The position numbers were made by a program, and so were the translations under genes. Under the pieces are notes generated by a model. That model had not been told where the DNA came from, made no database searches, and saw nothing but the letters and a program-made list of their open reading frames with translations. From Phycisphaerales bacterium (GTDB taxonomy: Bacteria; Planctomycetota; Phycisphaerae; UBA1845), in NCBI GenBank assembly GCA_013140575.1, contig JABFSN010000074.1:4431-68430 (forward strand): a DNA stretch of 64,000 nt, in the 5' to 3' direction. Positions 9,099 through 18,082 of the stretch are shown piece by piece (the stretch's first letter is position 1; the number at the start of each line of letters is the position of its first letter).

Positions 9099-9962
9099 TC
9101 AATCATGCCGAGGAAAGAGACCGGTCCATTTCGGATGATCCGCGTGGAGGATCGGAATCGAATTGTTGGGTGATCGGTGCTGAAACACGACCACAAACCC
9201 ACACTCGCCAAAGCCCTTCGGACACTTCTCATCTGCGATTCTGCCGTAGTGAAGTAACCTGACGCGGTCAGCTTTTGTGAAATACTTGCAGTGATCCGAG
9301 AATACGTCGTCGCTCTCACGTAGCTCATGTGCCGATACAAGACTGATACTCGTTTCATCCGCAATCCGGTTGCGGGCCGCCTTGGACGCGACCACCACGA
9401 CAAGGTAAACCCTTCCGACGCCGGCGAGAAGCGCGCCGAAGGATGTCTCGGGATTGTTCCAAGCATCGCACACCTGCGTTCCGGTACCGCTAAAATCATC
9501 CAACAGGACTACGACGTCGTCTCTCCCCAGTTTGTGAGGATCGTCTTCCGGCAGAAGAGGCTGCCGAAAGAGGTCGCTCCGCGAGACAAACAACTCGTTC
9601 ATTTGTTTCGAGTCGAGTCCGTTGGCAATTCGAAACTGGTAGAGCATCGCGTCGCCGCTCTCACCAGCGCTCCCGGACATCGCTGCGAATCGCCATTGGC
9701 CTTTTCGCCTCGATGCTGCACGGTCCCAGCCATCCAATGCCTTCAACGCGTCGCGGTATGCCGCGTGAATCCGGCTCTGACCGTAATACTCGACCGCATC
9801 CAGAACTCGCGCGGCCAAGTCCTGGTCCGATGGTTGGAACTGGTTCAACCAACTTTGAATGGTGATATTGATGATCCCAGCGCGGTACGACCCGAAATGG
9901 TCGACCCACCGCTTATACCGCTTCGCATCGATACGAGTTCCGGGGGCAGGAGGATGCCTCAC
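9099..9962 (-). CDS. Phosphoribosyltransferase-like protein (conflict-system type PRTase)
   Basis: WLNQFQPSDQDLAARVL, GESG, PRPP-binding loop VVLLDDFSGTGTQ, C-terminal GFG...SPNNSIPIL...WTGLFPR; GTG start overlaps the upstream stop (GTGA). Confidence 0.75.
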   Translation of the reverse strand: MRHPPAPGTRIDAKRYKRWVDHFGSYRAGIINITIQSWLNQFQPSDQDLAARVLDAVEYYGQSRIHAAYRDALKALDGWDRAASRRKGQWRFAAMSGSAGESGDAMLYQFRIANGLDSKQMNELFVSRSDLFRQPLLPEDDPHKLGRDDVVVLLDDFSGTGTQVCDAWNNPETSFGALLAGVGRVYLVVVVASKAARNRIADETSISLVSAHELRESDDVFSDHCKYFTKADRVRLLHYGRIADEKCPKGFGECGFVVVFQHRSPNNSIPILHADHPKWTGLFPRHD

Positions 9963-10960
9963 TTCTCGTCCCTCCGCCCCAAGGCACGCAGCTTCTCACG
10001 GATAAGCTGGGCCAGCGAATCGAGGCGCATCCACATCGCTTCCTCGCCGTAGAACTCATCTATGTCGATATCGTCTATCTGCGCATAGAGATTGTCAGCG
10101 ACCTTGAGAACCCTCTTGGCCTCAGCCGCAACTCTCGCCGACTCAATGTTGAGATGGTCTGGCGTTAATGATGGCTGGGCCGCAAACTCCTGGAGTCGCT
10201 TGGAAATCGTCGCCACTTTCCTCACTTTCACTGCGTTGTTGATGTACTGCTTGACGATGCGAAAGTCCGTTACAGCCTTTATTCCCTTCGCCTCGAACTT
10301 CTTGAGCATGTCGTCCGTGAATTTGTTCTTCTGGAACCATGCGAATTTCCTGACCTCGCGGTCATTTCGCACGACATACAATTCAATAAAAAAGTCGGCC
10401 TTCTTGCGCTTAGCCGGGTCCGCGTCCAGCATCATGTCCTGGTATCGTTTGTCGTAAGAGAGAAGCTTCTTGCACCGAACAACGACTGCTTCGTCAAGTC
10501 CGGTAAGTTCGGCGAGGCGCTTCTCCTTGGTTTCATCCAGCTCGCGCATAAGCAGTTCAAGTTTTAGCGCCGTGGGCATCAGTTCCCAGTCCTCTCGCAG
10601 CTTGTGAATCTGAAACATCGTGACAATGTTCTGGACCAACGTTGGTTCTGCGACCTCATTGACCGGGATAGTCGCTAGCGCTAGTTCCTTGGCGCACATC
10701 CACCGCCGTTGGCCGTCCAGGATCACGTAGTTTCCCGTGTGCTTCTCCTTGTAGACGGTGAGTGGCACGAGAATACCGACCTTCGAGATGGACTCACGAA
10801 GTACCGTCATGTCTTCGCGGTCAAAGAGCATTCGCGGGTTGTGGGGATTCGCTCTGAGCTTGTTCGTGGACAGGCGCTTTACGCCTATTGCCTTTACTCC
10901 GAATTGGTTGGTCTTCATGAAATCACCCGACCGCGGCCAACGACTATTTGCGTCGCCCAT
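9959..10960 (-). CDS. Orphan ParB/Srx N-terminal domain protein with HTH
   Basis: NPHNPR, GILVPLTV, YVILDGQRRW, IHKLREDW, HTH EKRLAELTGLDEAVVVR; alternative start at 10918. Confidence 0.85.
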   Translation of the reverse strand: MGDANSRWPRSGDFMKTNQFGVKAIGVKRLSTNKLRANPHNPRMLFDREDMTVLRESISKVGILVPLTVYKEKHTGNYVILDGQRRWMCAKELALATIPVNEVAEPTLVQNIVTMFQIHKLREDWELMPTALKLELLMRELDETKEKRLAELTGLDEAVVVRCKKLLSYDKRYQDMMLDADPAKRKKADFFIELYVVRNDREVRKFAWFQKNKFTDDMLKKFEAKGIKAVTDFRIVKQYINNAVKVRKVATISKRLQEFAAQPSLTPDHLNIESARVAAEAKRVLKVADNLYAQIDDIDIDEFYGEEAMWMRLDSLAQLIREKLRALGRRDEK

Positions 10961-11914
10961 CTACCGGCCCGAGATTGGGCGATTGCTGATGAGCCATTCG
11001 TACGCGAGCTTTCGATCTCCTGCAAAACCAGCGACATGTCGTCGAATCGGCAGTCGGATGGAGTGCCATTCGATGGCCAACAGTCTAGATTCAGCGCAAT
11101 CGGCATATGAGACGAGAAAGTCCGCGCCCCGCGCGACGATCGCGTTGAGCCCATCCGTAAGACGTGGGATATCGGAGGTGTCAAACGTGTTCTTTCCATA
11201 TTGTTTGAAAATGCGGCGTGATTTCACGGCATACGGAGGGTCGAGATATACGAAGTCGCCCGTCTCTACATGATCGAGAGCCTTTATGAAGTCACCGGCG
11301 ACCAGAGTGGTCGTTCGCAGCAACCTGGAGCAGTTGAGGAGGTCATCCTTGCTAAAGTACTCCCCGGGCCGCCGTCCCATCGGAACGTTAAACTGGCCGT
11401 TCGCGTTGGTCCTGTAGATACCGTTAAAACAATTGCGGTTGAGGTACAGAAATCGCAGCGCTCGCGTTTCGCGGTCGAGGAACCTCGGATCGAGACTCCG
11501 CCAGCGGTAGTACGTCGGCACGTCTCGCGCGATTCGACAGAGTCGCCGATAGAGGCGCTCGGGTTCGTCCCGCACGACGCCGTAGAGCTGGATCAAGTCC
11601 GTATTGAGATCTCCAAGGACCGCCGAGGCTGGCGCAAGCTCGAAGAAAAGGCATGCCGATCCGGCGAACGGCTCCACGTAACGCGAGTGACTCGCGGTCC
11701 AGAACGGAGCAAGCCGCGCCAGTTGCTTCCGCTTACTGCCGGCCCAGCGGAGGAAGGGCTTTCCGCGGGTTGGCGGCGCTTCATTAGCTGCGGCCTCCCG
11801 TGCGTCCGAAACCGTACTCGTTCGGCGCGTTGGATTCAGGACGATGACTCCTGCGTAACCATAGGCTGCGTGACTGTATTGAGATCGGCGTGCGTTCCGC
11901 GTCGCACGCACCAT
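10961..11914 (-). CDS. Dam/D12-class DNA adenine methyltransferase
   Basis: KPFLRWAGSK, YVEPFAGSA, FLYLNRNCFNGIYRTN...FNVPMG, VYLDPPY; true start uncertain and may be downstream. Confidence 0.93.
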   Translation of the reverse strand: MVRATRNARRSQYSHAAYGYAGVIVLNPTRRTSTVSDAREAAANEAPPTRGKPFLRWAGSKRKQLARLAPFWTASHSRYVEPFAGSACLFFELAPASAVLGDLNTDLIQLYGVVRDEPERLYRRLCRIARDVPTYYRWRSLDPRFLDRETRALRFLYLNRNCFNGIYRTNANGQFNVPMGRRPGEYFSKDDLLNCSRLLRTTTLVAGDFIKALDHVETGDFVYLDPPYAVKSRRIFKQYGKNTFDTSDIPRLTDGLNAIVARGADFLVSYADCAESRLLAIEWHSIRLPIRRHVAGFAGDRKLAYEWLISNRPISGR

Positions 11915-11917
11915 GAC

Positions 11918-11945
11918 ATTCTGATGCCCCGGCTCATTGCGTCAA
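11918..11945 (-). promoter_or_regulatory. Possible sigma70 promoter of the MTase-ParB-PRTase operon
   Basis: TTGACG-N16-CAGAAT on the minus strand; the -10 box is imperfect. Confidence 0.3.
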
Positions 11946-12039
11946 GGGCTGCGGCTCGGCTCGAATGGGATGCGAGTCCACACGGCAGGGACGAAGTGTC
12001 GCGACACTTGGCCGGGGCGCGGCGGGTGGCATCGCGCCG

Positions 12040-12285
12040 TTCGACGACCCCTTCGGAGTCGGCCCCGTTTCCACGGCCATGCTTCCGGGGGTCGCGCTGC
12101 GCTTGACCCCCGGCTACGGACGTGGAGGCCTTCGGCCTCGGCGGTCGACCGCTGGTGCGAGAATCCCATCTCGCACCCACGCCGACGGGAACCCCTTCCC
12201 ACGGTTGCCGGAAGCGATTCCGGCGTGGTCCGGTCCGAGTAGGGATTCTCGAACGAGCGTTAGTCCCTTCTCGCACCTGTCCTAC
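12040..12285. repeat. REP-like palindrome cluster
   Basis: Hairpins cgaccccttcggagtcg, ccgggggtc...gacccccggctac, gaggccttcggcctc, ggtgcgagaatcccatctcgcacc (12154-12177) and a GTAG-ended partial copy at 12264-12285. Confidence 0.65.
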
Positions 12286-12290
12286 CGCCC

Positions 12291-12530
12291 TCACGCCGTC
12301 TTCGGCAGTCGAAAGTCCGCCAATACGGGAAGGTCGACGCCCTGCCCGTCCTTCATGCGCGTGGAGAAGAAAAGGATTTCGAGGTTTTCCACATCGCGGG
12401 AGGTGGGGTTCAGTCGGGCAATGAGGCCGTAGTCGAGTTCCGTCGATTCCTGCCCGGCATAGGGTGGAGTCTTGCCCAAATAGAGGATGTCGCCTTCCGC
12501 GTCGTATTTCACCGTCAAGGACGCGACCAT
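12291..12530 (-). CDS. DUF2283 family putative antitoxin
   Basis: LTVKYDAEGDILYL...ELDYGLIARLNP...VENLEILFFS. Confidence 0.8.
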   Translation of the reverse strand: MVASLTVKYDAEGDILYLGKTPPYAGQESTELDYGLIARLNPTSRDVENLEILFFSTRMKDGQGVDLPVLADFRLPKTA

Positions 12531-12853
12531 TCGGTGATCCCTTGAGTTAAGCGGCGGGTGACGTAGGCGGTAACGACCCAATGCCGGGGCGATTCCGCTT
12601 GAACATCATCGGTCACCACCGCGACCACTACGATCTTACCACCCAGCAGATCGTCGAACCAGCGAGAAAAGAGGCGCGTACCAGGAAACCGCGAATCGCG
12701 GCGGATTTCGTCGGGATCGCCAAGCGTCCGCGCGACCCGATCGCGGGTGGCATCGACCAACTCCGGGTGCCCGGCCCGGATATGCGCCAGGCGTTCATCC
12801 GTTAACTCGACTCGAACTGCGAGGTGGGGGCAAGGGAAGGAGATCATGACCAT
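12515..12853 (-). CDS. Putative BECR/RelE-like (DUF4258/PBECR2-type) ribonuclease toxin
   Basis: VELTDERLAHIRAGHPEL...TLGDPDEIRRD...KIVVVAVV...WVVTAY; overlaps the DUF2283 start in toxin-then-antitoxin order. Confidence 0.7.
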   Translation of the reverse strand: MVMISFPCPHLAVRVELTDERLAHIRAGHPELVDATRDRVARTLGDPDEIRRDSRFPGTRLFSRWFDDLLGGKIVVVAVVTDDVQAESPRHWVVTAYVTRRLTQGITEWSRP

Positions 12854-12863
12854 CGGTAAAGCC

Positions 12864-13032
12864 TGGTGGGCAAATCCTGGGAACCTGCCTTTGCCGTCAC
12901 CGTACACCGGCGGGTCAGAGACCTGCCCGACTACCAGCCACATTCGCGAACCGCGAATGGTCAAGGACTTCTGGTGCGAGAATCCCTTCTCGCACCCATC
13001 TCCGCGGCATTCCCTTCCCGCACACGGTCGCG
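12864..13032. repeat. REP-like palindrome cluster
   Basis: GTAG-type cgggtcagagacctgcccgactac (12911-12934); ctggtgcgagaatcccttctcgcaccca (12971-12998) is a near-identical direct copy of 12152-12179. Confidence 0.7.
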
Positions 13033-13056
13033 TTTGCAATCAAGCGACCCGTCGTT

Positions 13057-15624
13057 CTACCACCCCTGCAGGAACGTGAAATCGGTGTCGATGGGCGATT
13101 CGAGCGAGCGGGCGTCTTCGACGAATTCCAGAACCTCGCCGTCGGCGGCGATGGCCAGGCGCTTCTTTAACTCGGTGGACTCGGGGAACAGTTTCAGACC
13201 GTCGCGCCACGCCTTCCGCGCCGCGTCGTATTCCTTGTTCTTAGCCCGCGAGTCGCCCAACAAAACGTACGTCCGCTCGAAATACGGTTTCGACTTCGCT
13301 GCGCCCTCGCGGATCTGGATGCTCACGCATTTTTCGAAATCAACGGCCGCATCGTCGGAATGGCGCAGGGCCCGCGGCCAATGCAGGTGGTTGATGCCCC
13401 GGGCGTAGTACGCCGGCCACCAGTCCCCCTTCTGCTCGATAATGATATCCATTTGGTCCAGCGATTTGCGGGCCAGCGTGCCCTTGCTGACCACGGCCGC
13501 GATGCCGCCGCACGTCGGAATTTTGTCCACGTATGCGGCCGCCAGTTCCATGCGCACCCACGCATCGCTGGGTCGCCCGGCGGTCAGCCCCTCGAAAAAC
13601 ACGATGCTTCGTTCGTGGCGGTTGAATTGAATGCAGCGTTTTCGATAACCCGCGCACTGCGCGCGGTTGGACGCGTCGTCGATGATCTGCGCCTCCATCT
13701 TCGACAGCAGCGCGTCGATTTCCGCCGCCGGCAATTCCGGCATCGCCGGCTTTTGCTCGGCCGTCACCGGCACCCGCGACGCCGGCTTCTGGATCTTCAC
13801 CAGCGCCGATCCCCCGTACGCCGCCGGATCGCGCCGCACCTTCAGAAATTGATCGGCCGTGACGTGCTCGAGATACTGCATCCCCCCATCGGGCCAACGC
13901 ACCTCGACCAGCGACGCTTCGGCCGCGTTGCCCAATCCAAAATGAAGCCGCGGGTCGCTTTGTCCCGAAAACCCGTTGCCCCCGTCGCGTTCGCGGATTT
14001 GCTGGCCGTTCGCGGTGACCAACGTAACCCGGGTGCCAGTCGCGTCGCGCGTCACGCGCTCCGACGGTTCCGACTCCAGCACCACCGTCAGCCAGTGATT
14101 GCCCGATGCGCCGCCGTTGCGATACAGATGCGGCGGCTGGTCCTGATTGGCGATGTACAAATCCACGTCGCCGTCATTGTCGTAGTCGAAACAGACCAGC
14201 CCCCGCCCGTCGCGATCGGTGTCCAGCCCCACCTTGCCACCAGCCAGCGTGAACGTATCGAACCCGTCGTTCCGCCAGAATCGCTCCGTTTCATACCCCG
14301 AAAACGAACGGTTTCCGATCGCCGGCCAGTTGGCCGCGTCCGCCGAGTCCTGACCCAGCACCGTCCACGACGCCAGGTCGTACCAGTAGTTCCCCTCGCC
14401 CGCACTGATGAACCCGTTCAACGCCAGCAGGTCGAGATCGCCGTCGTTTTCGTAGTCGAAAAACTTCGCACCCCAGCCCCACCCGCCGTCGTACGTGTTC
14501 GTCTCGATGGCGATGTCGGTGAACGTCAGCACGCCGTCCGGCCCCAGGCCGTTGTTGTGCCACAGCATGTTGCCTTCCTGCAGGTATTCGGCCGTGGTGA
14601 TGTTGGTGACGTAGATGTCCAGCCAGCCGTCGTTGTTGAAATCGCCGAAATCGACGTTCATCCCCTTCTTGGTGTCCAGACCGATCGACTCCTTCGTACT
14701 GTTGATAAACGTTCCGTCGCCCTTGCTGATGAACAATTGATCCGGCCCGAAATCGTCGGCGCAGTACAAATCCGGCCAGCCGTCGTTGTTCACGTCGGCC
14801 GAACCCACCGCCAGCGTCCACCCCGGATCGTCCAGCCCCAGCGCCGCCCCCACCTCTTCAAACGTGCCGTCGGGCGATTGTTGGTACAGGAAATTCGCCC
14901 CGGCGTTCCGCGCCGTCTCGAAACTGTCGTGCATGATCCGCGTCGATTGCAGGTTCCACAGATCGATCTCCTGGAAATAGTTGCCGACGTAGATATCCAG
15001 CCGCCCGTCCAGATTGAAATCCCAGAAAATCGCCGCGTTCCCGTTCGCCCATTGCGTGCCCGGCGTGCCGTCGCGGCGCTTGAACCGTTCGGCCGTCACG
15101 TCCGTGAACGTGCCGTCGCCGTTGTTGCGGAACAAGACGTTGTATCCCCAGCGTACGACGAACAGATCGGGGTCGCCGTCGTTGTCCACGTCGCCCCAGA
15201 TGCAGTCCATCGACGCTCCGCCGTCGTTGTTCACGTCGGCCACCCCCGCCGCCGTCGCCACGTCGGTGAACGTGCCGTCGCCGTTGTTGCGATACAGGCG
15301 GTTCGGCTCGCCCTTCAGCGATTCCGTCGCGTACAGGTCCATCCACCCATCGCCGTCGTAGTCGGCCGCCGCCGCGGCCGCCCCCACGCTGGCCATCCAC
15401 GTCATGATGTTGTCCAGCTTGTGGTCCAGCACCGGCTTGTGATGTCGATGGGTGATGCCCGCCTCGACGGCCACGTCCACGAACACCCGTTTTTCGAACG
15501 GCGCGCCGACCGTCGCATCGCCGGTCTTGGCTTCGGTCTGTTCGCGCGAACATCCGCAGATCGCACCCGCGACGCCGATCGCCACGACGCCGAAAACTCG
15601 CTTGTATCCCATGGTTTGTTGCAT
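13057..15624 (-). CDS. FG-GAP/CRTAC1 (ASPIC/UnbV) lipoprotein with C-terminal TPR domain
   Basis: Lipobox ICGC; repeated DYDGDGWMDLY / NNGDGTFTDV; UnbV tail GGNGFSGQSDPRLHFGLG...VRWPDG; helical TPR-like C-terminus. Confidence 0.88.
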   Translation of the reverse strand: MQQTMGYKRVFGVVAIGVAGAICGCSREQTEAKTGDATVGAPFEKRVFVDVAVEAGITHRHHKPVLDHKLDNIMTWMASVGAAAAAADYDGDGWMDLYATESLKGEPNRLYRNNGDGTFTDVATAAGVADVNNDGGASMDCIWGDVDNDGDPDLFVVRWGYNVLFRNNGDGTFTDVTAERFKRRDGTPGTQWANGNAAIFWDFNLDGRLDIYVGNYFQEIDLWNLQSTRIMHDSFETARNAGANFLYQQSPDGTFEEVGAALGLDDPGWTLAVGSADVNNDGWPDLYCADDFGPDQLFISKGDGTFINSTKESIGLDTKKGMNVDFGDFNNDGWLDIYVTNITTAEYLQEGNMLWHNNGLGPDGVLTFTDIAIETNTYDGGWGWGAKFFDYENDGDLDLLALNGFISAGEGNYWYDLASWTVLGQDSADAANWPAIGNRSFSGYETERFWRNDGFDTFTLAGGKVGLDTDRDGRGLVCFDYDNDGDVDLYIANQDQPPHLYRNGGASGNHWLTVVLESEPSERVTRDATGTRVTLVTANGQQIRERDGGNGFSGQSDPRLHFGLGNAAEASLVEVRWPDGGMQYLEHVTADQFLKVRRDPAAYGGSALVKIQKPASRVPVTAEQKPAMPELPAAEIDALLSKMEAQIIDDASNRAQCAGYRKRCIQFNRHERSIVFFEGLTAGRPSDAWVRMELAAAYVDKIPTCGGIAAVVSKGTLARKSLDQMDIIIEQKGDWWPAYYARGINHLHWPRALRHSDDAAVDFEKCVSIQIREGAAKSKPYFERTYVLLGDSRAKNKEYDAARKAWRDGLKLFPESTELKKRLAIAADGEVLEFVEDARSLESPIDTDFTFLQGW

Positions 15625-15717
15625 AACCCGCCAATTCTAACGCGGACCCGCCCGTACCGCGACCATTGCGGGAACTGGGCGCCCCGTGGTGAACGCGTCA
15701 CCAGAATGATGTTTGGA

Positions 15718-17166
15718 TCAGAAACTCGCCGCGACCGCGGGGACTGCCAACCGTTGTGCGGGCGTGCGAAACGCATCAACCGAAATACCCGCCCGATCGA
15801 ACATCGCGACCAGTCGGTTCGACCATGTGTGATCCCGTTCCATCCGCGAGCGGGCGGCCGCGGCCATTGCCGTGCGGCGCTTCGGATCGTTCAGCAGCGC
15901 CGTGATTTGGTCCCGTGCATGTCGCGGTGTGTCGAACGACTCGATTTCGGTGCCGATATCGAATAGTTCATCCAGCCCGCGACGGCGGATGTGCACCATC
16001 GGCACACTGGCCGCCGCGATCTGAAACGGCTTGTGCGACACCCCCTCCTCCTCGCCGGCCTGCGATACATTGATGGCAATTCTACCGCGGGCATAGGCCG
16101 CTGCCTGATGCGCGTATTCCACCCATCCCCCGCCGCCGATTCCCACCGACGACCAGTCCGACCCGAACACGCCCACGCGGAAGAACCGCGCCAGGTAGCG
16201 CAGCACAAACGTCCGCTGCCAGCTCCCCAACCGCCACAAATGCTCGATGGCCGCGAAATAGGTCGCGGGCATCGCGGTCAGCCATTTCACGGCGTCCCGA
16301 TGATCGAGCTCCAATTCCAGCAAATGTCGGATCGACGCCCGATCCATGTCACCCGCTCGCGCCGCCGTCCACGCTTCGCCGAATCGCGTCAACGCCGGAA
16401 TCAACGATCGCGGCGCATCTTGTTGCCACAACGCGGTTAATCGCGATCGAACGTCATCCGCGACCATGGACATGATCGCATCAACGCTGGGATCGTCGTC
16501 GTTCAGAAACCGTTCCAGCCGGCGGTCCCTTTCCGGGGGCGAACCAACGATGGCCACCACGTCGAATTCGGGTTCAATCCCCCGCACGGGCGCCACCAGT
16601 TCCGTATCTTCCGCGACCGGCAGGCCGTAACAATTCGCCCAGCCCAGCACCCTTCTGATTTCCATCGCCGCCGATTCGCTTTTCACGAAATGGTGGTTGT
16701 TCGGCGCGGCCAGGATGGCGCTGAAATCCGGGTGCATCGCGGATTTTTCCGACGCCCACTGCGGATGATCGGTCCATAGCATCAGATGCGGAATGCCGAG
16801 GGCGTCCCACAAGCTGTGGGCTCGGCCGTTTTCATCGACCGAAAACTGGAATTCGACGGTGCCGTTGTAGACGTAACCGATGACCGCGCCGATCCGTTCG
16901 CGACGCGCGACATCGATTATCCCCCGCGTAATCTCCTCCCTCGCGTTCCCGCCACGGGCCCAGATCGGTTCCAGTTCGCACGCTAGACTGTGAATGCCGA
17001 GTTGAACGGCCGCCCGCCGGATGCCGTCGACATAATGCCGGCTGACGCGTCCGGGGTTTCGGAAGATCAGCAAACGCGAGGGACGCGGATCGCATTTGCC
17101 ATGATTGATGGTGGCAGGCGTAATCGGCCGACCAGCCAACAGGTTGGAATCAAACGTCATCGTCAT
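15718..17166 (-). CDS. CgeB-like / Glyco_trans_1_2 glycosyltransferase
   Basis: WTDHP, VGVFGSDW, AYARGRIAINV, KPFQIAA, ELFDIGTEIESF, DHTWSNRL. Confidence 0.8.
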   Translation of the reverse strand: MTMTFDSNLLAGRPITPATINHGKCDPRPSRLLIFRNPGRVSRHYVDGIRRAAVQLGIHSLACELEPIWARGGNAREEITRGIIDVARRERIGAVIGYVYNGTVEFQFSVDENGRAHSLWDALGIPHLMLWTDHPQWASEKSAMHPDFSAILAAPNNHHFVKSESAAMEIRRVLGWANCYGLPVAEDTELVAPVRGIEPEFDVVAIVGSPPERDRRLERFLNDDDPSVDAIMSMVADDVRSRLTALWQQDAPRSLIPALTRFGEAWTAARAGDMDRASIRHLLELELDHRDAVKWLTAMPATYFAAIEHLWRLGSWQRTFVLRYLARFFRVGVFGSDWSSVGIGGGGWVEYAHQAAAYARGRIAINVSQAGEEEGVSHKPFQIAAASVPMVHIRRRGLDELFDIGTEIESFDTPRHARDQITALLNDPKRRTAMAAAARSRMERDHTWSNRLVAMFDRAGISVDAFRTPAQRLAVPAVAASF

Positions 17167-17342
17167 CCGGAAACGTCCCGCGCGCCGGTGGCGGCCCCTG
17201 CCGCGACAACCCACGCCCGATCTTATCGGCCGCTAACCCTTGCGACTTTTGCTGCCGGCGCCGCGTGGGGGACGAATTGCGATTCCAGCGCCGGCGCGGT
17301 TTCCGCCGACAACCAGTGGGCCGTTCGACAGGAATTCGCCCC

Positions 17343-18059
17343 ATGACCACCCTCGCCGCCCATCCCACCTACCGCGCCCAGTTCGGCGAGGACCGCATTC
17401 TCGATCAGGTATTCCGCGGCCGGACCGACGGTTATTTCATCGAGGTCGGCGCCTACGACGGCGTCACGCTTAGCAACACCTACCGCCTCGAATCGCTGGG
17501 CTGGCACGGCATTCTCGTCGAACCGATTCCCGCGCTCTGCGAAAAGGCCGCCCGATCGCGAACCCGCGCCCGCGTTTACCACGGCGCCTGTTCGCGCCGT
17601 GACCATCGCGGCACGGCCAGATTCACCGTCACGCAGGGCGTCCCCGTGCTTAGTTTTCTGAAAAACGACCCCGAACACACCGAACGCTGCCTGCGCGAAG
17701 GGGCGACGCTTGTCGAAATCGACGTCCCCGTCTGTCCGCTCGATGACATCATTCGCCACGAACGCCGCAACCCGCATCTCGGCGTCGGGCCGTGGACTCC
17801 CGACGTCGGCTGGTCCATCGACCTGGTGTCCATTGACGTGGAGGGCGCGGAACTTGACGTACTCGACGGTTTCAGCCTCGACCGCTTCAAACCGAAGGTG
17901 CTCGTTCTGGAAAACGAACGCGCCGGCGGGTCGGCCATCGAACCCTATTTGAACCAACGCGGCTACTCCAAATTTCACCGGCAGGTCATCAACGATTTCT
18001 ACGTCCGCGACGACGATTTCACCCGCGACCTGATGACCGACGGAATCGTGCCGCCGTAA
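17343..18059 (+). CDS. FkbM family methyltransferase
   Basis: AQFGED, GYFIEVGAYDGVTLSNT, GWHGILVEP, IDLVSIDVEGAELDVL. Confidence 0.9.
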   Translation: MTTLAAHPTYRAQFGEDRILDQVFRGRTDGYFIEVGAYDGVTLSNTYRLESLGWHGILVEPIPALCEKAARSRTRARVYHGACSRRDHRGTARFTVTQGVPVLSFLKNDPEHTERCLREGATLVEIDVPVCPLDDIIRHERRNPHLGVGPWTPDVGWSIDLVSIDVEGAELDVLDGFSLDRFKPKVLVLENERAGGSAIEPYLNQRGYSKFHRQVINDFYVRDDDFTRDLMTDGIVPP

Positions 18060-18082
18060 AAGACCAACAAGGACGCTCGATC

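Noticed and set aside
13360-15966. Long opposite-strand or off-frame ORFs (also 23766-25937, 28550-30895, 30941-32908, 33851-36553, 54014-55867, 54697-57228)
   Set aside because: They overlap clearly identifiable genes, have Arg/Ala/Val-rich shadow composition and show no motifs.
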